A DNA stretch of 62,970 bases, the filler included, from Craspedostauros australis (taxonomy: Eukaryota): NCBI GenBank assembly GCA_030167865.1. It is 8 parts of 8 records of this genome, joined end to end, with 100 filler letters (N's around TTAATTAATTAA, not from the genome) between each part and the next. Parts side by side here need not be neighbours in the genome. Positions count along the whole stretch, not along the records: positions 2,273 to 11,657 come from JALAGF010000736.1; positions 11,758 to 38,121 come from JALAGF010000737.1; 6 more parts are not named here. The stretch is one strand, 5' to 3'. Below the pieces are notes generated by a model. That model was given only the letters and a program-made list of their open reading frames with translations. It did not search any database and had not been told where the DNA came from. Both the position numbers and the translations under genes were made by a program. Each line of letters opens with the position of its first letter. Position 1 is the stretch's first letter. Positions 11,201 to 19,994 of the stretch are shown in pieces.

Positions 11201-11330
11201 GGACGATGGCGACTATCGGGGCATTGTGGTCGACGATACAGACGCCGAAGGCGCTCCAGCCCGAGCACAGGCCGCCTGCGGCGGCCTGTGCAGGGCAGAG
11301 CGCCTTCGGCTGGGCATGGTGGGCGATTGA
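5241..11330 (+). CDS. Retrotransposon ORF2 polyprotein: AP-like endonuclease, reverse transcriptase, RNase H, CCHC zinc finger (2029 aa)
   Basis: APE motifs FQNIG, LAEIG, IDGLY, SDH. RT motifs QFGSRKG, NDAKSCYDRV, QGNGCGP, FVDD. RNase H motifs VSDGSF, YRSELAG, GLDG, WVRGHQD, NVHCDSEAK. Finger CPWC-x7-H-x3-C. Confidence 0.95.
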   Translation: MRVPLETNKGGHPKRESSQLVRGRKKEGGRTQPEAKEPPSKETQEEQNRGYNNTCNTRPKEPPTMTKEVRSTNIPAGHCSSLTGNTNNDDRRKTASTRERRGTERVPPTETTTTDRDESTEREAREPRTHDRSPPQRAREMPEEGIFGNRMRTPDTGAIRLAFQNIGRLPVEPWKGKNKQIGEEIQKRHIDVLMLAEIGLNWRAMKEGDSWARRVGHWKMRAKATASYNHNCASTNKVQFGGTGIVTANGLSKRVVDEGEDLSRLGRWVWQRIEGRKGKHIRVVAAYRACASSRPTSTWAQQRTHLLEQGDNREPREAMLLDLAQAIQEWKQEGDGVIVGIDANQDVAKGSCAEMFEALGMREAITELHRGHQRQATQHRNKTHVPIDGLYATKDIEVTAAGYAGFGEAIHSDHRMIWIDIKESSAIGKLNPLVGVEPRRLRMADKAAVQAYQESLWKKAQQLGFHWRMEELEQAVRLQGTVTAELATEYDSIDKGMDKLRMETERECRKLKMGALEWSPMLKRLRDTVRLWTAVQKKYSNIHISSSLIRRLSKRLGIQRPRQLGPAEVATRLVEARKAYKEAKPRASQMRDDFMRDKGEKEAAKWGTAIESTPSHVRRARERQIRDNRRLKACLKPKQTLATKVTLTDDDGNVTVCDTKHTIEVACIEENKRRFHQTVGTPFTTGRLRSRFGFLADTQEADAVYKGEWQPTVQEDMYPRMLLSQVGLTPSAVPNSTFTIEDHVEGWAKQKERTASEPSAPHFGHFKAAAEHEGLAAIDCRLRRIPYETGFTPASWTVMTDFQILKKAGVFDVTKMRTIQLFHPAFNMNNKKLGRDLMVTAESNNRMATEQFGSRKGHKASTAALCKRVVVDVMRQKRQDGAICSNDAKSCYDRVVHSVASMAMVHAGGRRSAVRSMFGTLQKARHHVRTAYGVSDRSYGNTGWTPMQGLAQGNGCGPAAWAAISSPMFEAMRSKQHGARFKSALSGQEVSLVGLSFVDDADLMISQPNEHFSTVAQRTQAALTDWEGVLRATGGALVPAKSFWWGLSFEYRSGGWRMQAARATPAQVRVRDAAGIQTELRRLDPRESEQTLGVFMNMEGTSEAQVRYLRRKADDFADKVVSGGLRQDLVWMAITTRITKTLEYPMEAITLTQRQWDFIYAPIWTKALPRGGVARSFPRAVLYGPRAHGGIGMRNPAVWQLSVQIQSMAHEVNTGSITGRMIQLSIEQTKLETAGGGPLFQQSFAECKGHITPTWVTQVWSNAQRFGVSIVETGVSIERQRVGDVFLLDSWRCQGYSSKQKAVLNECRMQLGVVTLADMVTADGTSIMRLAFDGVQAGTQGSSGRPRVPRKLTRKHWLLWQEWIEGLTEGRHLRLRRRMQAWLRDDRGWLWWRRPNDDGVAWQRLDSGFRVWRRTQGRRARRAEFQATNEVSARLPTHARRSSVQCVNPHGVVLAVVETPRIGETVPNTPRDKPDGSNQAWERDQVSGDASDAELRAAIRRGDLMAVSDGSFKRGFGTSAYVLHIMDSGVQRTGCNVVPGAREVQSAYRSELAGVAGVLRELVELERGGDLGPGPVVIGLDGMKAMENSRDGVAHVGRPSFDMLDHIKALRRRLAVAVRFRWVRGHQDDQSEVLDQWALLNVHCDSEAKKYWDKMQHKTPPQWRSDGSFAWKLYVGDMKSSWAAAGIHDAVVGGAVETYWDKKMGRVRQDSGSIEAHGRRSACARASWKQRLFVAKMSTGFIGVGVKLKQYGAEERCPWCGQAESVMHVVRCSASGGGWEECFQQYVEELETIGTSGPLVSLVYSSLRGFCGRAVREGFQEEVPVRWWPVLMGWIPRDWCEQQQRWFVEHGSGRRFYTVESWARDAVLAGWRFVHSMWRCRNQAKQAEAAVLAAMSARREELEEVTERHNGFSGWEGCDLAVAGSGAAPSPLAGADTRRAWLRFVRAVRARAPDNVAVEAADSGGSAVGSNPPDTGGSGEFAWYSREDDGDYRGIVVDDTDAEGAPARAQAACGGLCRAERLRLGMVGD

Positions 11331-11757
11331 GGTGACGCGCTTCCCGTGTCGGCACGTGAGTGGGCCCCAGCCCCAGCCGAAGACGATCGGGCCCGAACCC
11401 GGGCCGCCTCCGGCAGCTCGGGTGCAGGCCGATCGCCTTCGGCTGGGGCCGTGGGCCCGTAGCAAGGCGGCCGTTTGGCGGGGACGGGTCTCAGGTCCGG
11501 CGCCCTAGGCACGGTGGTCGTCTGGATTTAGTGAGTGGGCGTGGCAGGCGCTCTTGTTTGTAATGCTCGACCTGGCCGTGGCCGTGCGTCGCGGTCGGGC
11601 GAGCCTAAAGCCCTCGGGGCACCCCTTTCTTGGGTTAGTCATTGTGGTTATTATTATNNNNNNNNNNNNNNNNNNNNNNNNNNNNNNNNNNNNNNNNNNN
11701 NTTAATTAATTAANNNNNNNNNNNNNNNNNNNNNNNNNNNNNNNNNNNNNNNNNNNN

Positions 11758-14700
11758 AATCGGCGCGTATATGAAGTCCCACTGCCGTTGGGTAAGAGTG
11801 ATTGCCTCCATGGGGTATTCCAACGTCTTAGTAATCCTCGTAGTGATTGCCATCCACACCAAATCTTGTCGCAGGCCTCCGGAAACCACTTTGTCCGCAA
11901 AGTCGTCGGCCTTCCGCCTCAGGTATCGCACCTGTGCCTCTGAAGTACCCTCCATGTTCATGAATACACCCAGAGTTTGTTCTGACTCGCGTGGGTCGAG
12001 CCTCCGCAGCTCCGTTTGGATCCCTGCCGCATCCCGCACTCTCACCTGGGCTGGAGTCGCTCGGGCCGCTTGCATCCTCCACCCTCCAGACCTGTACTCA
12101 AACGACAGACCCCACCAGAAGCTTTTGGCCGGCACCAAGGCTCCTCCTGTTGCTCGGAGAACCCCTTCCCAATCTGTGAGCGCTGCCTGAGTTCGTTGTG
12201 CCACGGTACTGAAGTGCTCATTTGGTTGCGAGATCATCAAATCCGCATCATCAACAAAACTCAAACCCACCAGGCTGACTTCCTGACCGCTAAGGGCCGA
12301 CTTGAACCGCGCTCCGTGTTGTTTGGACCGCATTGCTTCGAACATCGGGGAGCTTATAGCTGCCCAGGCCGCCGGCCCGCAGCCGTTTCCTTGAGCCAGC
12401 CCTTGCATCGGCGTCCACCCTGTATTGCCGTACGAGCGATCTGACACTCCGTATGCCGTCCTGACGTGGTGTCGCGCCTTCTGTAGGGTGCCAAACATCG
12501 ACCTCACCGCTGACCTTCGCCCCCCAGCATGCACCATGGCCATGGAGGCCACACTGTGGACCACCCGATCATAGCACGACTTGGCGTCGTTAGAGCAGAT
12601 TGCCCCGTCTTGTCGTTTTTGGCGCATCACATCCACCACCACCCTTTTGCACAGGGCTGCGGTTGACGCCTTGTGGCCTTTTCGACTGCCGAATTGTTCT
12701 GTGGCCATGCGATTGTTGCTTTCAGCTGTAACCATGAGGTCCCTTCCCAGCTTCTTATTGTTCATGTTGAAGGCCGGGTGGAAGAGCTGAATGGTCCGCA
12801 TCTTGGTGACGTCGAATACTCCTGCTTTTTTGAGGATTTGGAAGTCTGTCATCACCGTCCACGATGCTGGGGTGAATCCTGTTTCGTATGGTATCCTGCG
12901 CAACCTGCAGTCAATGGCTGCCAGACCTTCATGTTCCGCCGCCGCCTTAAAATGCCCGAAATGCGGTGCCGATGGCTCCGACGCTGTTCTCTCTTTCTGT
13001 TTTGCCCAGCCTTCGACATGGTCCTCGATGGTAAATGTGGAATTCGGGACCGCCGATGGTGTAAGCCCCACCTGAGACAACAGCATCCGCGGATACATGT
13101 CCTCCTGTACCGTGGGCTGCCACTCTCCCTTATACACGGCATCGGCTTCTTGGGTGTCGGCCAAGAAACCAAACCGGCTGCGGAGACGTCCGGTCGTAAA
13201 CGGGGTACCCACTGTCTGATGGAACCTTCGCTTGTTTTCTTCGATGCAAGCCACTTCGATGGTATGTTTTGTATCACACACTGTGACATTTCCGTCGTCG
13301 TCAGTAAGCGTGACCTTGGTAGCCAGGGTTTGCTTTGGTTTCAGGCACGCCTTTAACCTCCGGTTGTCTCGGATCTGTCGTTCTCTCGCCCTGCGGACGT
13401 GGCTAGGGGTGCTCTCAATGGCCGTCCCCCATTTGGCTGCTTCTTTCTCTCCTTTGTCCCTCATAAAGTCATCACGCATCTGGGATGCACGGGGCTTGGC
13501 CTCTTTGTAGGCTTTGCGTGCCTCAACCAATCTGGTTGCCACTTCTGCTGGCCCCAGTTGACGAGGTCGCTGGATCCCAAGCCTTTTGGATAACCGACGG
13601 ATGAGCGACGAGCTGATGTGTATGTTGCTGTACTTTTTCTGCACTGCTGTCCACAGTCTCACTGTGTCTCGTAGTCGTTTCAGCATTGGTGACCACTCCA
13701 GTGCCCCCATCTTGAGCTTCCTACACTCGCGCTCGGTCTCCATGCGCAGTTTGTCCATACCCTTGTCGATGCTGTCGTATTCGGTGGCCAACTCCGCCGT
13801 CACGGTACCCTGCAGCCTCACTGCTTGCTCCAACTCTTCCATCCTCCAATGAAATCCCAGCTGTTGCGCCTTCTTCCAAAGGGATTCCTGGTACGCTTGC
13901 ACTGCCGCTTTGTCCGCCATTCGCAGGCGTCTTGGTTCCACGCCCACCAATGGGTTCAATTTGCCAATCGCACTTGACTCCTTGATGTCGATCCATATCA
14001 TGCGGTGGTCGGAGTGGATGGCCTCGCCAAAACCTGCGTACCCGGCCGCTGTGACTTCAATGTCCTTTGTCGCATACAAGCCGTCGATCGGGACGTGGGT
14101 CTTGTTGCGGTGCTGGGTAGCCTGTCGTTGATGCCCTCGATGCAGCTCAGTGATGGCTTCGCGCATTCCGAGTGCCTCGAACATCTCTGCGCAACTGCCT
14201 TTGGCGACGTCCTGATTCGCGTCGATGCCCACTATCACGCCGTCTCCTTCTTGTTTCCATTCTTGGATTGCTTGTGCCAGGTCGAGTAGCATCGCTTCTC
14301 TTGGTTCCCTGTTGTCTCCTTGTTCTAGCAGGTGGGTACGCTGTTGTGCCCACGTGGAAGTTGGCCTAGAGGACGCGCACGCCCTGTAGGCGGCCACCAC
14401 CCGGATATGTTTACCCTTCCGTCCCTCAATTCGTTGCCAAACCCATCTTCCCAGGCGGCTCAGGTCCTCGCCCTCATCCACCACCCTCTTGGACAAGCCG
14501 TTGGCAGTGACTATGCCCGTGCCTCCAAATTGCACTTTGTTTGTTGATGCGCAATTGTGGTTGTAGGATGCCGTCGCTTTGGCTCGCATTTTCCAGTGAC
14601 CCACTCGTCGGGCCCAGGAGTCTCCTTCCTTCATTGCCCTCCAGTTGAGCCCTATCTCCGCCAGCATCAGCACGTCAATGTGCCTTTTCTGTATCTCTTC

Positions 14701-15246
14701 TCCGATTTGCTTGTTTTTTCCTTTCCATGGCTCCACCGGCAATCTTCCAATGTTTTGGAACGCCAGTCGTATCGCTCCTGTGTCCGGAGTTCTCATTCTG
14801 TTGCCGAAAATTCCTTCCTCTGGCATTTCGCGTGCCCTTTGTGGTGGGGATCTGTCATGGGTCCTCGGTTCGCGCGCTTCTCGTTCTGTCGACTCGTCCC
14901 TGTCAGTCGTTGTGGTTTCAGTTGGCGGGACTCGCTCTGTTCCTCTCCTTTCCCTCGTTGAGGCTGTTTTACGGCGGTCGTCGTTATTTGTATTACCAGT
15001 TAGTGACGAACAATGGCCCGCCGGTATGTTAGTTGATCTCACCTCTTTTGTCATCGTTGGTGGCTCCTTTGGCCTTGTGTTGCATGTGTTGTTGTATCCT
15101 CTGTTTTGTTCTTCCTGTGTCTCCTTGCTCGGTGGCTCCTTTGCCTCTGGTTGCGTCCGCCCTCCCTCCTTTTTACGCCCTCGCACCAGCTGGGACGACT
15201 CCCTTTTCGGGTGCCCTCCCTTGTTTGTCTCCAAAGGGACTCTCAT
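11758..15246 (-). CDS. ORF2 (endonuclease + RT), partial, truncated by gap
   Basis: Translation identical to the N-terminal ~1160 aa of 5241-11330. Confidence 0.9.
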
Positions 15247-18125
15247 GCTTGGCCTGCGACCCTCTCGTCGCTGGCAGTGGAATCGTTGGTTGGCGCAGTT
15301 GTTCCTTGCTGCGTTGTTGGCCTCACGCTTGGCCCTTCTTTCCTCCCCTTTGGTGCACCCTTCTTTGGTCGGGCCTTCTTCACTGGGCTAACCGCTCTTC
15401 TGGGTTCCTCACTCTCAGGGATGCTCCCCTTTCTGTTGTTCTGAAGTGCTGACTTCTGGTGTTTCTTGGTTTGGCCTCTTGTTTGCATTGTGCGGGTGGT
15501 TAGCTGGGTTGATGGTTCCACCGATCCGTCGTCTGACGAAATGTCCACCAGGTTGACTACCTCGGCATGGTGTGCATCGTCTCCGCCATATGGAGTTGCA
15601 GACTCCATAGACACATCTGACATGGATCCGTCGTCCGCTTCGCCCACGAAATCGTCGTCTTTGTTCCGGTCTCTGAGCGCTTGCAAGGATTGGGTTGGTT
15701 GGTCGACGTCCCTGCCTTCCGGAGTCTGCCCGAGCCGATCCTGTCCTGGTTGGGCTTCCACGTCGTTGGTGTTGGCGCGTTGTGGCTGCTCGGCTACACT
15801 GGGGCCCAGCAGAGCTTCCATCCATTGGGCTCTAGCCTGCGGGTCAATCACTTCCAGCTTTTTCATCGCCTCGCCAACCACTCGCATTGTCTCTTTTTTG
15901 GCTTCCGGACACTGCGATTTCATCGACGTTATGGCTGATTTCAATGAAACGTCGTCGCAGTTGTGCCATCGTCGCATCACCCCTACCGATCCGTGGTCTC
16001 CATCCATGGTCTTCGGGACCGTACCAAAGTCAATGGCGAAGGTCATCTTGGGTTGTGCGTCCTCCTGTTGTTCTGTGTCTTCTTCTGGACGTTGAAGTCC
16101 CATGCTGGCGTACCACTCGTCATCCACCTGTTTCTTGAGGATATCTCTCTCCCAATCCGCCTTGATAATCTCTCCGTGCATGTTCATTTCGTAGCTGGTG
16201 TTGGCGTCCCAGATATAGTCCGTGAACCAGGTTGCTGCTTTGCCTCCGCAGTACTTGTATATGACAGTGGGAAGGAGCGGGATAATCATGCTTGCCTCAT
16301 CTGCCACCTCCTGACTATAGACAAATACCGTGTCCCCCCAATTTCTTCCGTTCTCCACCGCCAAGAACAGCGCTGACCCTTCTTTGTCTCCTGATGTTGA
16401 CATCAGCTTAGAGAGGACGTTGCGCAGGGATACCTTGTTCTTGGGCTCCACATAGTCGAGTCCGTGGATGAAGGAAACGATGGTGGTCTTCGTGCCCTCC
16501 AAGAACTCCTTCTGCTTCTTTTTGTAGAGCATCGCGTTGCGTCTGTCTTCATGAGTTGCTGGTCGTTGTTCATCCGTGAGGTCCGAAATGAAGCGGAGCC
16601 GCTTGCCTAGGATTCTGTTCTTTCCTGCCGCAAAAAGCTTGCCCATAATCTGCTCGCACTTGATGGAGTCCTCCTTACTCGCCAAGATGTGAGCTGCGTA
16701 GACCTGGTCCTCTTTCTTGATTTTCTCATACTTGTCCAGTTTGATTGCTTGCATCCTGATGCCGACCTTGATCTTTGCTTTCACGACGTCTTCCAGGTTG
16801 TTGATGGCTTCAGTCAGGTCGTTGCAATTGGTGGATCTATGACTCGCGCAAAACCACCCGACTGGCACTTCTTCCCTTGCTTGAACAGTGCATTTGGACA
16901 AGATGATGTCGTTGTCTGACAGCTGTCCATCGTCCTGCAGTTCAGCCCACTCCTTGTTGTGTGAGAAGTAGAAACGGCACCAGGTTTGTTTCCCTGCCTT
17001 TGTGTACATCTTGTTCACGTAGTGTCTGATCTTGGAGGCGGAGGTCACTCTGTCACTGCTTGCAGTAAGTCCTTGACCCTGACCGTCCCACCTGTGGATA
17101 ACAAGGTCGGGGTCCTGGGTGAATAAGTGTTCCATGACCATTGCTAGTGCTTCGGTCACCTCCTTCTCCACGGCCTTGTCCTTGCCTTTCAGAGTAGGGC
17201 TTCGAAACGTGCAGTAGGTACTGAACTGCCTGCCCAGGGATTCATTGACGTTGCGTTTGTGGTCTCTTTTCACCATGGGTTTGCTCAGGAAGAACTGGTT
17301 GGCTGGAAGCAAAACTGCCCCGTCTTTGCCTGTTGTCATTGGTACCGATTTCAACGCCTCTGCGAATGTCGGGGAGCCCTTCTTGTATGGGTTGCTGGTA
17401 CAGCTCACTGGTTTTCCGGCGTCTTTTGTGTTGATCGGGCTTGGCTTCTTCTTGTTGGTTGTGGCCTTGGGTGCTGACGCGGTGTCCTTGTCCTCTTGTC
17501 TACCGTTGGTGTGCTGGTTCATTGGCTTGTTTGACTTTGCCTTTTCAGTGTCGCCGATTCTACGTCGCTTCTCCGGTGATTCCGCTGGGTTGGCTGTGTT
17601 GACCTTGCGAGCTGCTATCCAAGGGTTGGTCATGATGCTGCCCATGATGTTCCCTTCTTCCCAGAACACTGGTGGAAACATGTCTGCTTTCGTGGCCAGC
17701 AGCCTTGCTTCCATCTGTTGGACCTTCTGGTTTGTGGCTGCGTCCCAGTGACAAGCTCTGCCTTTCTTGAACACATCGACCCATGCTTCCATCGACTCCA
17801 GGTCCCCTCTTTCACAGTCAAGGTGGCTCCGAACGACCCGCCATGCTGTGTTGACCGAGTCTCCTGCTCCTACGCATTCCGGATACGGCTTGGCGTTGCT
17901 CGTCGTCATCTTCCTTTTTGCCTCTGTCTCTTCCTCTGACGTCCACACCGCTTGCTTTTTAGCGATGCCGTTGTTGGGAATGCCCGAAATCGTAACTCCT
18001 CCGAAATTCACTTGTTTCTTGCGCTGTTTGCTGCGGGAGGGGTCACCATCGTCGTCCTTTGTCATTGGCGTCATGCTGGTCTTGTAAACACTCTGTGTCT
18101 TTTTAAATTTTATGCGTTTTGTCAT
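15243..18125 (-). CDS. Retrotransposon ORF1 protein, copy 2
   Basis: Translation identical to copy 1 ORF1 (track ORF extends to TTG 18134). Confidence 0.88.
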   Translation of the reverse strand: MTKRIKFKKTQSVYKTSMTPMTKDDDGDPSRSKQRKKQVNFGGVTISGIPNNGIAKKQAVWTSEEETEAKRKMTTSNAKPYPECVGAGDSVNTAWRVVRSHLDCERGDLESMEAWVDVFKKGRACHWDAATNQKVQQMEARLLATKADMFPPVFWEEGNIMGSIMTNPWIAARKVNTANPAESPEKRRRIGDTEKAKSNKPMNQHTNGRQEDKDTASAPKATTNKKKPSPINTKDAGKPVSCTSNPYKKGSPTFAEALKSVPMTTGKDGAVLLPANQFFLSKPMVKRDHKRNVNESLGRQFSTYCTFRSPTLKGKDKAVEKEVTEALAMVMEHLFTQDPDLVIHRWDGQGQGLTASSDRVTSASKIRHYVNKMYTKAGKQTWCRFYFSHNKEWAELQDDGQLSDNDIILSKCTVQAREEVPVGWFCASHRSTNCNDLTEAINNLEDVVKAKIKVGIRMQAIKLDKYEKIKKEDQVYAAHILASKEDSIKCEQIMGKLFAAGKNRILGKRLRFISDLTDEQRPATHEDRRNAMLYKKKQKEFLEGTKTTIVSFIHGLDYVEPKNKVSLRNVLSKLMSTSGDKEGSALFLAVENGRNWGDTVFVYSQEVADEASMIIPLLPTVIYKYCGGKAATWFTDYIWDANTSYEMNMHGEIIKADWERDILKKQVDDEWYASMGLQRPEEDTEQQEDAQPKMTFAIDFGTVPKTMDGDHGSVGVMRRWHNCDDVSLKSAITSMKSQCPEAKKETMRVVGEAMKKLEVIDPQARAQWMEALLGPSVAEQPQRANTNDVEAQPGQDRLGQTPEGRDVDQPTQSLQALRDRNKDDDFVGEADDGSMSDVSMESATPYGGDDAHHAEVVNLVDISSDDGSVEPSTQLTTRTMQTRGQTKKHQKSALQNNRKGSIPESEEPRRAVSPVKKARPKKGAPKGRKEGPSVRPTTQQGTTAPTNDSTASDERVAGQA

Positions 18126-18287
18126 TGTTGGCAACGTACGTTCACGAGTTCCGAAACCGTTGGCGATAACCGTAGTTTCAGTACTGACTCTTACGTGAAT
18201 TCAAAACCTACTGGGTCTACGTACGCCTTTTTAATTCAGCGATTCCAGAAGAGTGCCTTATGTACGCTACAAACTCGGATGCGCAGC

Positions 18288-19994
18288 TCACTTCTCCAAC
18301 ACATACTCCCAACTGTCCATATGTTCCCAGTCGTCGCGGATCGACCAATCTCTCTTCTTCGTTTCGTCACCCTCCCACGTCTGGTTGAGACTTTGTAGAA
18401 ATCCCTCCCAAGATTCCTGATGGGCGAATAGTCGCTTTGCGTCGACGCTGCAAAACTCACGTTTCGTGATGGCGACTTTATGGAAGGCTGCGCGGTGCTC
18501 CAGTTCGCCCTGTGGCGACGCATACAGCTCCGGTAGCATCCTCTTTTCGACGCCGAGAGAGAAATTCAGCATCTTTTCCAATGCCCTTTCCTTCGGACAT
18601 GCCAAGGGGAGGTCTTCCATGGTCTTGTTGATGACTCGGCTGTGGTACTTTGCCAGGTCATCTGCCATCTCGATTCTGGTCTTGTTGGCCTGCATGCCCT
18701 TCGTGATCAACCCGCGATGGGCGGCAGCGTAGACGATCGCGTTGTAATGGTACCATGCCATGCTGCGAGCACGCGAGATAGAACCCTCTGACTTGCCTCG
18801 CAAGAACTGGCATGATGCTGGCGCATCCGTAATGATGCTGCACATCAGCTGCTGGCTGATGTGGTCCTTCCCATGAACATTGAGAAACTCAAAGTTGAAC
18901 CCAGCTTTCTCCAGCAGGTAATGAGAAGCGTCGGAATAAATGTATCTGTTGGTTTGCGTTGTGCAAAACCTTGCAGTTCTACAGGAGGAGATGCTTTTCT
19001 GGACCCACGATGTCAATAGTCCCCACGTCTGCCGAGGCTTCACGCCACCCTCGGCAGCCCATTTGGCGTTCTCGCCTGTTCCCGTCAGGTCTTTGGAGTT
19101 GGATTCCTTGATGCTACTGAGCATCCATTCAATGGGCCTGCGGTATGTGGCGAGGATGGTAACATCCCAATCCTTCAGGATGTGTTGGATGTTGGCAAGG
19201 TATTCCCAATTTCTGTAAATCCCCACTCGTCTAAAACGCTCTCTGTAGGAGTATACTTCATCACTCAAAATCAAGGAGATCCCATCCTCATGCATGGTGT
19301 CCAGCAGATGCTGTATACGTCCGATGCATGGCGGAATCTCAATGGATGACTCTGCCGTCAGCTGAGACGATGCCTTCAACGAGCCATCCTCCCGCTGCGT
19401 TTCGCGAGTCTGATTGCGATATTCTGCATAGCTCCGCATGCAGTCGTTCTCCCACAAACCTTTTAGCACCTTCAATTTTGTGCCTTTGTGCTGATTTCCT
19501 GAGTGACCACGTCCCCAGAACATGTACTCATCTTGGATCAGCATCCCGTTTTCGCTCAAATCCTTCAGATCGTCCTGGACGGTGGTCGTTGCGGTCTTGG
19601 ATGGGCCAATGTGATAGATGAACCTCGTCTTCTTCTTCGTCTTCTTGCCTGTAGTTCTTGCCTGCGGCTGTTGTTCCGGCTGTTGTTGCGGTTGTTGTTG
19701 TTGTTGTTGTTGTTCTGGTTGCTCTTGCGGTTGTTGCTCCTGCAACTGTTCGAGCTGCTCTTCGTGCGGTTGTTCGTGTGGCTGGTCTGGTGGCGCTTCC
19801 GCATCAAAGCTGTATGGCTCAAACCCAGCGGCGTCGGAGATGACTTCAGCGCCCTCCAAACTCGGTGGCAGGAACAGCTGCAAATCCATCTTGGTGAAGG
19901 TGACTGATTGCACCAACAGACAGATGAATACGACGATCATGAGCTGAGTCATCCACTGCCGGTGCAGCTTTTGCTTTGGCTGTGCGTCTGCCAT
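18288..19994 (-). CDS. Type II membrane protein with P-loop sulfotransferase-like domain and Gln/Pro/Glu-rich stem
   Basis: N-terminal hydrophobic anchor LMIVVFICLLVQSV, polyQ linker, YHIGPSKTATTTVQ (PAPS-loop-like HIGxxKT), ILSDE and YRRPIEWMLS motifs. The start is either 19994 (MADAQ) or 20060. Confidence 0.75.
   Translation of the reverse strand: MADAQPKQKLHRQWMTQLMIVVFICLLVQSVTFTKMDLQLFLPPSLEGAEVISDAAGFEPYSFDAEAPPDQPHEQPHEEQLEQLQEQQPQEQPEQQQQQQQPQQQPEQQPQARTTGKKTKKKTRFIYHIGPSKTATTTVQDDLKDLSENGMLIQDEYMFWGRGHSGNQHKGTKLKVLKGLWENDCMRSYAEYRNQTRETQREDGSLKASSQLTAESSIEIPPCIGRIQHLLDTMHEDGISLILSDEVYSYRERFRRVGIYRNWEYLANIQHILKDWDVTILATYRRPIEWMLSSIKESNSKDLTGTGENAKWAAEGGVKPRQTWGLLTSWVQKSISSCRTARFCTTQTNRYIYSDASHYLLEKAGFNFEFLNVHGKDHISQQLMCSIITDAPASCQFLRGKSEGSISRARSMAWYHYNAIVYAAAHRGLITKGMQANKTRIEMADDLAKYHSRVINKTMEDLPLACPKERALEKMLNFSLGVEKRMLPELYASPQGELEHRAAFHKVAITKREFCSVDAKRLFAHQESWEGFLQSLNQTWEGDETKKRDWSIRDDWEHMDSWEYVLEK

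Larger units (their letters stand above)
2273..11657 (+). mobile_element. Intact non-LTR retrotransposon, Ambal-like clade, copy 1 (lacks ~40 nt at 5' end because of the gap)
   Basis: Two long overlapping ORFs with APE-RT-RNaseH-CCHC architecture, a GC-rich 3' UTR and a GTTATTATTAT tail. The clade call is inferred from domain order, size and likely diatom host. Confidence 0.93.
11758..18254 (-). mobile_element. Ambal-like element copy 2 (5' 6.5 kb; 3' part lost in the gap)
   Basis: Reverse complement of copy 1 (to position 8729) with identical translations. The 5' end is defined by divergence from copy 3 after ...CCAGAAGAGT. Confidence 0.92.

Noticed and set aside
5241..11330. RT as a prokaryotic retron, DGR or group II intron system
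   Set aside because: APE endonuclease, RNase H, ORF1, (TTA)n tail and spliceosomal-intron neighbours indicate a eukaryotic non-LTR retrotransposon.
19618..19947. Cys-rich metallothionein-like ORF
   Set aside because: Antisense shadow of the (CAA)-rich polyQ stem of the minus-strand gene.
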